Assembly: GCA_964566535.1 (NCBI GenBank)
Contig: CAZMIO010000001.1
Location: 62,001-126,000 of the forward strand
From: an uncultured Methanosarcinales archaeon
GTDB taxonomy: Archaea > Nanobdellota > Nanobdellia > Woesearchaeales > CAZOXR01
Reading direction: 5' to 3'
DNA length: 64,000 bases
Positions within the stretch are counted from its first letter, which is position 1. Each line of letters starts with the position of its first letter. This document shows positions 49,629 to 58,977 of this stretch, one piece after another. The translations under genes were made by a program, and so were the position numbers. Below the pieces are notes generated by a model. It was not told the origin of the DNA and searched no databases. It worked only from the letters and a program-made list of their open reading frames with translations.

Positions 49629-50330
49629 TTAATTACTTAAAACGTCATCGGCAAACTTTAGTAAGTCAGCTGGTTCTATGGCATTAAAAGTTTGATCTTC
49701 CCTTAAATGGACTAATAATCCATCGAAAACTGTGATGTCATACTCTTCTTTAATGATTTTTGAATAGACTGCAAGCTGCATTGAATATTGGTGGAATTTA
49801 TTGTGTGGTAGATTACTTAATTTGCCTTGTGCCATGTCCCAGTATTTATCTCTTTCAATCTCTTTGCTTGATGTTTTCCAATCTAATAAATAAATTCTGT
49901 TGTTTGTTTTGTTTTTTAAGACTAAGTCTATCGTTCCTGCGACTTTGTACTTTTTAGAAAAAATCCTTACTTCTGAGCCTAGAACTTGAAAATGTGAGTA
50001 ACATTTTAGGAAAGTTGAAACGTGTTTGACTTTGTTTAGTTCTTCATTAGTTAGTTCTTCACCATTACAGAACCTTTCTGCTAGATTGTGAGTGGCCGTA
50101 CCATTATCTCTGATAGTATCCCATTCATCTAAGATGGATTTTGGATCAACGCCTCTTTGTAGTGCTAGTTCATTTGCTACTTTTATGGCGTCGAATGGGA
50201 AGAAAGATTGTAATTTGGTTGTTACTGATTTTAATACGATGTCTCCTTCGATAGTATATTTATGTTCTTTTTCTTCGAACTGAAGATTATGTTTTTTATT
50301 GTGTTCAGAAATTTTATTTACGGGACTCAT
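49629..50330 (-). CDS. PD-(D/E)XK nuclease (phage exonuclease/Cas4-like)
   Basis: GTATH, SEVRI, AGTIDLV, LDWKTS, YSMQLAVY. Confidence 0.85.
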   Translation of the reverse strand: MSPVNKISEHNKKHNLQFEEKEHKYTIEGDIVLKSVTTKLQSFFPFDAIKVANELALQRGVDPKSILDEWDTIRDNGTATHNLAERFCNGEELTNEELNKVKHVSTFLKCYSHFQVLGSEVRIFSKKYKVAGTIDLVLKNKTNNRIYLLDWKTSSKEIERDKYWDMAQGKLSNLPHNKFHQYSMQLAVYSKIIKEEYDITVFDGLLVHLREDQTFNAIEPADLLKFADDVLSN

Positions 50331-50427
50331 GAATATTTTTATTTAGGGGTGGTTTATATGTTTTTCTTAAATCCTGGAGTGGTGAATGGGTTAGTTGATT
50401 GATTGGCTTTACCCTGTGAGAATAAGG

Positions 50428-50525
50428 CGCCAAGGGCAGGATTTGAACCTGCACGTCCGTGAGGACAGCTGCTTTCTGTAATTATATTCGAGGCAGCCGG
50501 AATAGCCGGATTATCCGACCTTGGC
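50428..50525 (-). tRNA. tRNA-Ser(CGA) with a 37/38 intron
   Basis: GCCAAGG/CCTTGGC acceptor stem; GCTGC-CT-CGA-A[13 nt]A-GCAGC; long variable arm; GGTTCAAATCC. Confidence 0.9.
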
Positions 50526-50759
50526 TTAATTTTTATTTTCTGGATTCCATTCGGCGTTTTTTAGGAACCAGCGGATAACTGATTCAATGATAAATATCAT
50601 TATTATGATTGTTACTAAGGTAACGATTAGATTAGTAAATGTGAAACCTTCGTTTTGGTATGACTTATAGCTTGTTATGCCTATTCCAATTGTTGCTGAA
50701 ATGTAACTTATAATTCTGGTCCAGGTTCTAACAACTCTAACTCTTTTAGTGGGGTCCAT
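50526..50759 (-). CDS. Small hypothetical membrane protein
   Basis: Two TM helices. Confidence 0.6.
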   Translation of the reverse strand: MDPTKRVRVVRTWTRIISYISATIGIGITSYKSYQNEGFTFTNLIVTLVTIIIMIFIIESVIRWFLKNAEWNPENKN

Positions 50760-50761
50760 CT

Positions 50762-50992
50762 TTATCCTAACACTTCAATTGTTTTTTCTATTGTCTTGTT
50801 TAATGTTTCTTTTGCAGTATCTGAGTTTTGGACTATTGAAATTCCTTTCTTTATTACATACCCTGTTGTTTTTGCTAATGCCTTTCCTGTTTCCTTTGCT
50901 AGGCCAGGGTATGTTAGAACAAATGTTACTAGAACTATAAGAATAAACACCCAAGCTAGTAGATTGAATAGTTTTGCTTTTTTGGTTTTCAT
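50762..50992 (-). CDS. Small hypothetical membrane protein
   Basis: N-terminal TM helix; TATA box upstream. Confidence 0.6.
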   Translation of the reverse strand: MKTKKAKLFNLLAWVFILIVLVTFVLTYPGLAKETGKALAKTTGYVIKKGISIVQNSDTAKETLNKTIEKTIEVLG

Positions 50993-51028
50993 AGAGTAAT
51001 TAGAAATAGATTATTTATATAAATGTTA

Positions 51029-51325
51029 TTATAATCCGTTATCGCCTACTGGAAGTCCTCCCATGTGATAATCATCATCAATCCTTTGTTCTAGTAGTCC
51101 TAGACCGTTTCTTAATTTCTCAGTATCTATAGGTCTTGTAATGCTTCCAACATTGAACTCATCTGCTCTATCGATTAAGTCCGAAACTTCAACGGTTTTA
51201 GCTATTGCTTCCCTAACAGAAGTGTAATCTCCATGGTAAATTCCTCTAAGTCCAGCCCTAATTCCCCTTTCTAATCTGTGGCTCTGAACGTAATCAAGAA
51301 GATATTGAATTGGTTTAACTGCCAT
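51029..51325 (-). CDS. Hypothetical protein
   Basis: 98-aa ORF with TATA box upstream. Confidence 0.55.
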   Translation of the reverse strand: MAVKPIQYLLDYVQSHRLERGIRAGLRGIYHGDYTSVREAIAKTVEVSDLIDRADEFNVGSITRPIDTEKLRNGLGLLEQRIDDDYHMGGLPVGDNGL

Positions 51326-51371
51326 ATAAATCTAGAAGTTACTGGTGTATTTAAATGTTGTTGAAATTAAA

Positions 51372-51643
51372 CGCTCCCGCTGGGATTCGAAGCCAGGCAA
51401 CTAAGAAGTTAGTTGACACCTTNNNNNNNNNNNNNNNNNNNNNNNNNNNNNNNNNNNNNNNNNNNNNNNNNNNNNNNNNNNNNNNNNNNNNNNNNNNNNN
51501 NNNNNNNNNNNNNNNNNNNNNNTGTAGGCCTCGTTTGCTCAGCCCACTGAGAAATAACGCTCCCGCTGGGATTCGAAGCCAGGCAACTAAGAAGTTAGTT
51601 GACACCTTTGTAGGCCTCGTTTGCTCAGCCCACTGAGAAATAA
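51372..51643 (-). repeat. 86-bp tandem repeat containing the tRNA-Glu 3' end (at least 2 copies; spans the gap)
   Basis: Unit 51558-51643 is complete; 51372-51422 plus 51523-51557 join to exactly one more identical unit. Confidence 0.88.
51423..51522. other. Scaffold gap (100 N)
   Basis: Run of N inside the tandem repeat. Confidence 1.
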
Positions 51644-51739
51644 CGCTCCCGCTGGGATTCGAACCCAGGTGATTGCCTTGAGAAGGCAAGATGATTGACC
51701 GGATTGTGCGATTTTTAACAATCTCTACACTACGGGAGC
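51644..51739 (-). tRNA. tRNA-Glu(CTC) with a D-loop intron
   Basis: GCTCCCG/CGGGAGC acceptor stem; TTGCC-TT-CTC-AA-GGCAA; ~21-nt insert (51704-51724) after GTGTAG. Confidence 0.88.
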
Positions 51740-51744
51740 ATAAA

Positions 51745-51842
51745 CGCCGCGGCCCAGATTTGAACTGGGAAATCCTTAACGGAAACAGCCTGTTTGGTTA
51801 CAAATTCCAGGGCTGCGCAGTACCAGGTTGTGCCACCGCGGC
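51745..51842 (-). tRNA. tRNA-Ser(GGA) with a 37/38 intron
   Basis: GCCGCGG/CCGCGGC; CAGCC-CT-GGA-A[13 nt]A-GGCTG; long variable arm; conserved position after tuf-rpsJ. Confidence 0.9.
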
Positions 51843-51991
51843 AATAAGTTAAGAAATTCTTTATTTGTTTATAAAAGTTTTTGTTAGAATCAATGAAAAA
51901 ATGAATAAAAAAGCCAATGAAGAATTAAATTAATAAATAAAAAATTATTGGAAAAAAAGTTGAATTGTAATGAAAATTAGAAATTATAGAA

Positions 51992-52300
51992 CTACTCAAT
52001 CATCTCAATCTCAATATTTAATCCTTCTGGGATAGGAACTCTCATTACTAAGTGTAGAGCACGTTCATCTACACCTAGATCAACTAATCTTTTATGAATT
52101 CTCATCTCGTATCTTTCCCAAGAAGCCTTTCCATCTCCGCAAGGAGACTTTCTAGTAGTTAGTTTTAATTTTTTAGTAGGAAGAGGAATTGGTCCACGTA
52201 TGTCTACCCCGGTTTTTTCAGCGATATCTTTAATGTATTCACAAACTTCGTTTAGTTTGTTTATGTCGATGCTTGCTAATTTTATTCTTGCTTTTTGCAT
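51992..52300 (-). CDS. rpsJ: 30S ribosomal protein uS10
   Basis: [25 protein letters not shown]. Confidence 0.98.
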   Translation of the reverse strand: MQKARIKLASIDINKLNEVCEYIKDIAEKTGVDIRGPIPLPTKKLKLTTRKSPCGDGKASWERYEMRIHKRLVDLGVDERALHLVMRVPIPEGLNIEIEMIE

Positions 52301-52390
52301 TTTGGTTCACTTGAATACATTTAAGGCTTGCTTCATGATGAACATTAGTTCGCCATGAACGGGTAGATCCCTTAAAAAAATGAAAAAAAA

Positions 52391-53671
52391 TTATTTTTTT
52401 GTTAGGTCAATACACATTCCAGCTGCAACTGTTGAGCCAGAGTCCCTTATAGCGAATCTTGCTAGTTGGGGAATTTCTTTCTGCTTTTCAATTACAAGAG
52501 GCTGCACAGGCTTTAATCTTACAATAGCTGCGTCTCCATTTTTAATGAAGTCAGGGTTTTCCTGAACAACTTCACCGGTTGCTGGATTAAGCTTTTTTTC
52601 GATAGCCATAACCTGACATGCAACTTGTGCTGTATGTATATGGAATACAGGTGTATATCCTACTGTAACAACAGTTGGATGGTTTAATACAACAATTTGA
52701 GCTGTAAATTCAGTCGCAATTGTTGGTGGATTATCTGTATGTCCTAGTACATCTCCTCTTACAATGTCTTTCTTTTCTATTCCTCGAACGTTAAATCCAA
52801 TGTTATCTCCAGGTTCAGCTTGCTGCTGCATCTCGTGATGCATCTCAATTGTCTTTACTTCACCAGGAACTCCCTTACCTTCTCTTCCAGGTACAACGAT
52901 AACTTTATCGCCTAACTTCATAACTCCTGTTTCAACTCTTCCAACAGGAACTACTCCGATACCTGTGATGCTATAAACATCCTGAATAGGTAGTCTTAAT
53001 GGTAAATCGGTTGGCTTCTCAGGTTCTTTTACTTTGTTAATTGCGTCAAGTAATGTGTCTCCTGAATACCATGCCATCTTCTCTGATTTCTCAGCGATGT
53101 TATCTCCTGGTAATGAAGCAATTGGTATGAATGGAACTTCATCAGGTTTGTAACCAACACTTTTTAACAGGTTACCAACATCTTCTTTGATTTTGTTGAA
53201 ATTTGCTTCATCGTAGTCCTTCATATCCATTTTGTTAATTGCTACAATAAGCTGGTTAACTCCTAATGTTCTTGCTAAGAAAACGTGCTCTTTTGTTTGA
53301 GCCATAACTCCGTCATTAGCTGCAACAACAAGTACACCAGCATCAGCCTGTGCTGCACCAGTAATCATGTTCTTAATGAAGTCCTTGTGTCCAGGTGCAT
53401 CAATTATTGTAAAATAAGATGTATCTGTCTCAAACTTTTTGTGAGCCAAGTCAATGGTAACTCCTCTTTCTCTTTCTTCTTTTAAGTTATCCATTACGAA
53501 TGCGAATTCGAATCCACCTTTTCCTAATTCTTCAGCTTTTTCTTTAAGCTTTCTCATAGCAGCTTCATCAATATTTTTTGTATCGAATAGTAATCTACCT
53601 ACTGTAGTTGACTTACCGTGATCAACGTGCCCGATAAATACAATGTTTATGTGTGGTTTTGTTTTAGCCAT
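52391..53671 (-). CDS. tuf: Translation elongation factor aEF-1alpha
   Basis: [33 protein letters not shown]. Confidence 0.98.
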   Translation of the reverse strand: MAKTKPHINIVFIGHVDHGKSTTVGRLLFDTKNIDEAAMRKLKEKAEELGKGGFEFAFVMDNLKEERERGVTIDLAHKKFETDTSYFTIIDAPGHKDFIKNMITGAAQADAGVLVVAANDGVMAQTKEHVFLARTLGVNQLIVAINKMDMKDYDEANFNKIKEDVGNLLKSVGYKPDEVPFIPIASLPGDNIAEKSEKMAWYSGDTLLDAINKVKEPEKPTDLPLRLPIQDVYSITGIGVVPVGRVETGVMKLGDKVIVVPGREGKGVPGEVKTIEMHHEMQQQAEPGDNIGFNVRGIEKKDIVRGDVLGHTDNPPTIATEFTAQIVVLNHPTVVTVGYTPVFHIHTAQVACQVMAIEKKLNPATGEVVQENPDFIKNGDAAIVRLKPVQPLVIEKQKEIPQLARFAIRDSGSTVAAGMCIDLTKK

Positions 53672-53840
53672 ATTAATCCCTCCGTACTATATTTCTATGA
53701 ATAATAGTATTCTAAGAGTTTTGTATAGATTTATAAATGTTATGGTTTTTTATTCCCGAATATCCTATGTGGGTTTTGACCTAATCATTACTTCATAATG
53801 GGAATAAGAGTTTAAATATGATGGTGTTTGTTAAGGGGTT

Positions 53841-55733
53841 ATGACTGAGTTGAAAAGGGTTTTGGGGTTTCCTGCTATCTTGTTGATTACTATTAATTCT
53901 ATAATGGGTACTGGGATTTATTTCTTGCCTGCAGCTGGTGCTAAGTACGCTGGACCTGCCTCAATATTATCTTGGATTATAATGTCAGTCATTGCTATCT
54001 ATATAGGGATGTGTTTTGCTGAGTTAGTATCTATGTTTCCTAAGGCAGGTGGAGTTTATGAGTATTGTAAGCAAACTTATGGGAGATTTATTTCTTTTTT
54101 GATCGGATGGTTACTGTTGATTGCAGGAAATATTACAATTTCTATGTTGATTGTAGGGGCGATACAGTATCTGTTACCTTATCCGCTGCCGCTTGTTAAG
54201 ACTGCGCTATCTATATTTTTCATATTGGTGTTTAATTTTATCGCTTACAAGGGTATGAAGACTTCTGCGTTTATGTTAGTGTCTTTTGCTGTTATGACTA
54301 TTGGTATTTTGTTGGCATTAATTATTCCTGGGTTGTTTAGTTTAGAGCCTAGTAATTTTCAACCGTTTTTTGTTTTTGGAGGTTCAAGTATCTTTATCAC
54401 GCTGTTTTTTATCGCTGAGACTTTCTTTGGATGGGAGTCTGCCGCATTCTTAGCTGAAGAAACGAAGAATCCTGAGAAAGTAATGCCCAAAGCTATGATT
54501 TATGGTACAATTGTAATTGCAATAATGGCCATTACTTTGAGTGTTGTTGCTTTGGGAAACATTAAATGGAAAATTTTTGGTGGGTCTGGAGCACCTTTAG
54601 CTGACTTGGGAGGAGCTATCTTTGGAGCTACTGGGCAGGACTTATTTAGTTTAGGAATATATATTGCAATCATTAGTGCAGTTGCATGCTGGGTTGTTAG
54701 TTCTCCGAGATTAATATTGGCTTTAGCTAGAGATAAATTATTTTTGAGTCAGTTTGCAAAGATTCACCCCAAGTATAATACCCCTCATAGAGCTATATTT
54801 TTACAGACCATCATTACAATAACATTGATATTAATAGTGGGGGGAGCTTATAGGATGTTATTGTTATTGTTAATTCCGCTTGCAATTGTAATATATTCGT
54901 TTACACTGGTAAGTTTGGTTTCGTTGAGGTACAAAAAACCTCATCTTAAGAGGCATTTTAAGGTTCCATTTGGGAAGGTAGGGCCTATATTAGTCATATT
55001 GTTTAATATTTTTTTAATTGTGATGTGGGCAACACACGAAGAAGGTGCAATTGATTCACTTAAGTTTGGCGGTTCACTTGTTTTGGTTGGGATTCCTATT
55101 TATTTCTTGCTTGAGATGTACTATAATCCTAAGAGTATCAGGATAGTTCAGGATACTTTGGCCTATCTTACTTTGATTACTGAAGGTATTGGGCTGCCTG
55201 TTAAGAGGAGAAAAGAAATAATAGCATTGCTTGGAAAAATTAAAGGAAAAACTGTACTGGAATATGGGTGTAGTGTTGGGACATTAACTATGCACCTTGC
55301 TAAAGAGGTAGGTAAAGGCGGTAGGGTTTATGCAACTGATAGTTCTAAAAGAGAGGTAGATATAGCTCAAAAAAGATTAGATAAAAAAGGACATAAACAT
55401 GTTAAAGTGTTGCATGATGAAGACCATCATAAAAGGATACATCCTCACGTTCCTAAGCTAGATACTGCTGTTTCTGTTGGAATGATGGGTTATGTTCAGG
55501 ATATGGGTGCTGTTTTGAGTGATGTTAACAAAAGGTTGAAGAAAGGTGCTAAGATATGTTTTGTTGATTATGATAAGTTCTTTGATATCATTCCTAATAA
55601 AGAATGGTTGGGCGATGATAAGAAGATAAAGCGAATGTTTCACAATGCTGGGTTTACGGTTGGAGTTCTTCGTAAGCAAGGTTTTGCATGGAAGTATGTT
55701 ATTATTTATGGTGTTAAGTTTAAGAATGTTTAG
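53841..55733 (+). CDS. APC-family amino acid permease with C-terminal SAM-methyltransferase-like domain
   Basis: IMGTGIY, FAELVSMFPKAGG.Y, GWESA..LAEE.KNP; then VLEYGCSVG...VYATD. Confidence 0.88.
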   Translation: MTELKRVLGFPAILLITINSIMGTGIYFLPAAGAKYAGPASILSWIIMSVIAIYIGMCFAELVSMFPKAGGVYEYCKQTYGRFISFLIGWLLLIAGNITISMLIVGAIQYLLPYPLPLVKTALSIFFILVFNFIAYKGMKTSAFMLVSFAVMTIGILLALIIPGLFSLEPSNFQPFFVFGGSSIFITLFFIAETFFGWESAAFLAEETKNPEKVMPKAMIYGTIVIAIMAITLSVVALGNIKWKIFGGSGAPLADLGGAIFGATGQDLFSLGIYIAIISAVACWVVSSPRLILALARDKLFLSQFAKIHPKYNTPHRAIFLQTIITITLILIVGGAYRMLLLLLIPLAIVIYSFTLVSLVSLRYKKPHLKRHFKVPFGKVGPILVILFNIFLIVMWATHEEGAIDSLKFGGSLVLVGIPIYFLLEMYYNPKSIRIVQDTLAYLTLITEGIGLPVKRRKEIIALLGKIKGKTVLEYGCSVGTLTMHLAKEVGKGGRVYATDSSKREVDIAQKRLDKKGHKHVKVLHDEDHHKRIHPHVPKLDTAVSVGMMGYVQDMGAVLSDVNKRLKKGAKICFVDYDKFFDIIPNKEWLGDDKKIKRMFHNAGFTVGVLRKQGFAWKYVIIYGVKFKNV

Positions 55734-55975
55734 TCTGTGACTGCGTTATCAATAGAACTATCGTCTCCAAGCCTTCTCCTTACATTATAACCTGCTAGAA
55801 CACAGTAAAGCGCTGTTCCCCCAACAACCAATGAAAATCCTAAAACTGGATGATCATGTAGAACTTCTCCAGTCCTACGATAAAGTTCCATTGCTTCTTG
55901 AGGTGCTCTTTCAATGCATCCTAGAATTGGGCTTATAACAGCTTCAACAGCGTGTTCATAACGTGGTACTATCAT
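55730..55975 (-). CDS. Small hypothetical membrane protein
   Basis: 81-aa ORF with one TM helix; TATA box upstream. Confidence 0.5.
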   Translation of the reverse strand: MIVPRYEHAVEAVISPILGCIERAPQEAMELYRRTGEVLHDHPVLGFSLVVGGTALYCVLAGYNVRRRLGDDSSIDNAVTD

Positions 55976-56009
55976 AAGAGGCGGGAGAGTATATCTAATA
56001 TTTAAATCT

Positions 56010-56810
56010 TTATGGGAGAAATAAGGTTCTTTTTACTTTATTGTCTAGAATGTCTTGGACCTTTTGTTTGCCATTTGCAACTATTGTTAGGATCCCCTTC
56101 TTTCCCACCTTTTTTGCTGTCATAATTTTTGATAGCATGCCGCCGGTTCCCATTATTGAGCCTTCTTTTGAGGCCATGTCTTCTATCTCTTTTGTGAATT
56201 GCTCAACAACAGGGATTAGTTCGTAGCAAGTGTTTTTTCTTGGGTCTAGGGTGCATAAACCGTCAACGTCTGTGAGCATTACCAGTAGGTCGACATTTAG
56301 ATTTTCTGCAACTAATGCTGCTAGTTCATCATTATCGGTGAAAACGTTTTTTGATCTTAATAGTAATTCTTCTTTTGTGACAACATCATTTGTGTTTATG
56401 ATCGGGATGGTATGGTTCTTTAAGTAGGCATTAACTACTTCTTTGATATTTTTTACTTCCTCTGCTGTATCAAAGTTATAGTGAGTTAGCAGAACTTGTG
56501 CTGTTTGGATTCTATAAGGTTTGAATAGGTCTGTGTAGATTTTCATCAATCTTACTTGTCCTTTTCCAGAGAGTAGTTGTAGGCTTAGTGCGTTTTTAGG
56601 CCTTTCTGATATTTTCTCAACTTCCATGCCTGCTCCAACTGCGCCTGATGAGATTATGATTATTTCTTTTCCTTTGTTTTTTAGTCTTGCAATCTCTTCT
56701 GTCTTTTGTTTTATCCAGTTAAGATTGAGTTTATGGTTTTTGGTTATTGTGGATGTACCTATCTTGATTAGGATTCTATTAGCTTTGTTTATCTTTTCTT
56801 GGAATGTCAT
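56010..56810 (-). CDS. proB: Glutamate 5-kinase (no PUA domain)
   Basis: IKIGTS, SSGAVGAG, PIINTND, DNDELAA, LTDVDGL, GTGGM.SK. Confidence 0.95.
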   Translation of the reverse strand: MTFQEKINKANRILIKIGTSTITKNHKLNLNWIKQKTEEIARLKNKGKEIIIISSGAVGAGMEVEKISERPKNALSLQLLSGKGQVRLMKIYTDLFKPYRIQTAQVLLTHYNFDTAEEVKNIKEVVNAYLKNHTIPIINTNDVVTKEELLLRSKNVFTDNDELAALVAENLNVDLLVMLTDVDGLCTLDPRKNTCYELIPVVEQFTKEIEDMASKEGSIMGTGGMLSKIMTAKKVGKKGILTIVANGKQKVQDILDNKVKRTLFLP

Positions 56811-58096
56811 TTTATCCTCCTATGAAGGAATCTTTTTGCGCTTTCTCCGCTATAGTCTTCGACAACGTGGCCGTGACCGATTAATCTGAACTTGTAGATT
56901 GTTAATCCGCCTAGTCCTACTGGGCCTCTTGCGTGGACTTTGTTTGTTGAGATTCCGACTTCGGCTCCGAGGCCATATCTGAATCCATCGCTGAATCTTG
57001 TTGAGGCATTCCACATGACTGATGCTGAGTCCACTAAGTCCATGAATTGTTTTGCGGATTCTTTGTTTTCTGTAACAATTGAGTCAGTATGTCCTGAACC
57101 GTATTTGTTTATATGTTTGATTGCTTGGTCTAAGTTATCTACTATTTTTATTGAGAGTATTAAGTCATTGTATTCTGTTTTCCAGTCTTCTTCAGTTGCT
57201 TTTTTTAGTTGTTTGTTCTTTACTATCCTTCTTACTCTATCATCAACTCTTAGTTCAACATTATTCTTTAGATATTTCTTTATTATAATTGGGAGGAATT
57301 TCTTTGCAATTGATTTGTGAACTAGTAATGTTTCCATGGAGTTGCAGACAGCAGCGTATTGGCATTTTGAATCGTAAGATATTCTAACTGCTTTTCTGGT
57401 GTTTGCATTTTTATCAACATATACATGACAGATTCCGTCAGCATGTCCTAGAACTGGAATCTTTGTGTTGTCCATGATGTACTTTACGAATTCGTTTGAG
57501 CCTCTTGGGACTAGTAAGTCAATATATTTGTCTAACTCTAGGATTTTTTTTACGTCTTCTCTTGTTTCTAAAAGGTATAGTAGATTGGTTGATAAGCCAG
57601 CTTTTTTTACTGCTTTTTGAATTAGGCCGAATAGTGTCTTGTTTGAATTTAACGCTTCTGAACCGCCCTTTAGTAGGACTGCGTTTCCTGATTTGATGCA
57701 TAAACATGAGATTTGAACTAAGGCGTCTGGGCGGGACTCGAATATTGCCCCAATTACTCCGATTGGAGATGAGATTTTGAGCAGTCTTAGTCCTTTGTCT
57801 AGGTCCATAACTGAAAGAGTTTTTCCAATCGGGTCGTCTAGATTAATAAGGCCATGAATTCCTTGAATCATTTCGTCTATCTTAGTTGGATTAAGTTCCA
57901 ATCTTTTTAATAATGAATCTGAAAGGTTACTTCTTTTTGCATTATCTATGTCTTTTTTGTTTGCTTTTAGGATTAATGATTTACTTTTTCTTAATGTTTG
58001 AGCTATTAGTTTTAAGGCATTATTTCTCTTTTTTTGTGGAGATGTGGCTAGGTTGATTGATTCTTCCTTTGCTTTGATTATGTTTTGTATTTTCAT
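56807..58096 (-). CDS. proA: Gamma-glutamyl phosphate reductase
   Basis: GVIGAIFESRP, LKGGSEA, CNSMETLL, NASTRFSDG, HARGPVG. Confidence 0.97.
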   Translation of the reverse strand: MKIQNIIKAKEESINLATSPQKKRNNALKLIAQTLRKSKSLILKANKKDIDNAKRSNLSDSLLKRLELNPTKIDEMIQGIHGLINLDDPIGKTLSVMDLDKGLRLLKISSPIGVIGAIFESRPDALVQISCLCIKSGNAVLLKGGSEALNSNKTLFGLIQKAVKKAGLSTNLLYLLETREDVKKILELDKYIDLLVPRGSNEFVKYIMDNTKIPVLGHADGICHVYVDKNANTRKAVRISYDSKCQYAAVCNSMETLLVHKSIAKKFLPIIIKKYLKNNVELRVDDRVRRIVKNKQLKKATEEDWKTEYNDLILSIKIVDNLDQAIKHINKYGSGHTDSIVTENKESAKQFMDLVDSASVMWNASTRFSDGFRYGLGAEVGISTNKVHARGPVGLGGLTIYKFRLIGHGHVVEDYSGESAKRFLHRRIK

Positions 58097-58875
58097 CTGC
58101 CTAGTTCTTGCGATCTTTTTTTTGCTTCTAAAATTGTTTTGTCTATCTTTTCTTTGATTATTGATGATTCTAATACCTTTCTTCCTGCCACTGTTGTTCC
58201 GTTTGGTGAGGATACCATATCAATTAGTTCTTTTGGTGATATTCCTGTTTGTTGGAGTAATGCTGCTGTTCCTTTGAATGTTTGTAATGTAAGTTCGCTG
58301 GAGATTTCTTTGCTTAATCCTTGTTTATGGCCGGCTTCGATCATTGCTTGGATTAGGTATGAGACAAATGCTGGGCCAGATCCTGAGAGAGCAGTTACTG
58401 CGTCTAGGTTGCTTTCGTTTAGTAAGTATGCTTTTCCTGCTGAGTTTAGGATTTTTTCGATTATTAATAGGTCTTTGTCTTTTACTTTTTTTCCAACTGC
58501 AAATCCTGCTGCCATTTCATTTACTAAGCAAGGGGTGTTTGGCATTACCCTTACTATTCTTGCGTTTTTTAGTTTTGATTCTAATTGTTTAATTGTTATG
58601 CCTGCTGCAATTGAGACTACTAGTTTGTTTGTGTCTGCTATTTCATCTAATACTTCTCCTATGTTTTGAGGTTTTACAGCTAAGAAGATTATGTCTGAGT
58701 TTAATAGGTCTCTATTGTTTTTTGTTGTTTTTATGTTTAGTTCTTTACTTAGTTTAGTTAGTCTTGAGTCGTTTTTATCTGAAGCTATGATATTTTTTGA
58801 TAGTTTGCTTTTTTGTATGGCTTTAATTAGTGCTTCAGCCATCTTTCCTGCTCCTATGAATCCTATGCTTGTCAT
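58093..58875 (-). CDS. proC: Pyrroline-5-carboxylate reductase
   Basis: GAGKMA, LAVKPQ, SIAAG, RVMPNTP, SGSGPA, SPNGTT. Confidence 0.96.
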   Translation of the reverse strand: MTSIGFIGAGKMAEALIKAIQKSKLSKNIIASDKNDSRLTKLSKELNIKTTKNNRDLLNSDIIFLAVKPQNIGEVLDEIADTNKLVVSIAAGITIKQLESKLKNARIVRVMPNTPCLVNEMAAGFAVGKKVKDKDLLIIEKILNSAGKAYLLNESNLDAVTALSGSGPAFVSYLIQAMIEAGHKQGLSKEISSELTLQTFKGTAALLQQTGISPKELIDMVSSPNGTTVAGRKVLESSIIKEKIDKTILEAKKRSQELGR

Positions 58876-58977
58876 AGTTAAAAGTTTAGATGGATAAAGT
58901 ATTTAAACTTTTGGTTCAATTGTTGCTTTTATTCAATAGGAGATAACTATATAAAACACTAATATTTCGTTTTCTTG

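Noticed and set aside
51558..51600. Split-tRNA 3' half as in Nanoarchaeum
   Set aside because: Only the T-arm and acceptor strand are copied, there is no anticodon-stem half, no GC-rich complementary leader is visible, and a complete tRNA-Glu is adjacent
51372..51643. CRISPR array
   Set aside because: Units are identical over their full 86 bp with no unique spacers, the repeat is tRNA-derived, and no cas operon is nearby
51351..51689. ORF-track ORFs 51351-51689 and 51355-51636
   Set aside because: They run through the N gap, the tandem repeat and tRNA-Glu; artefacts
53749..53807. Inverted repeat TTATTCCC...GGGAATAA between the tuf and permease promoters
   Set aside because: Only 8-bp arms with a long spacer and no other support
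58085..58669. 194-aa antisense ORF over proC, and the many other shadow ORFs inside polB, gatE, feoB, hisS, lysA and proA
   Set aside because: They overlap well-supported genes, have low-complexity Phe/Ser/Leu-rich translations and follow from the strand-biased codon usage
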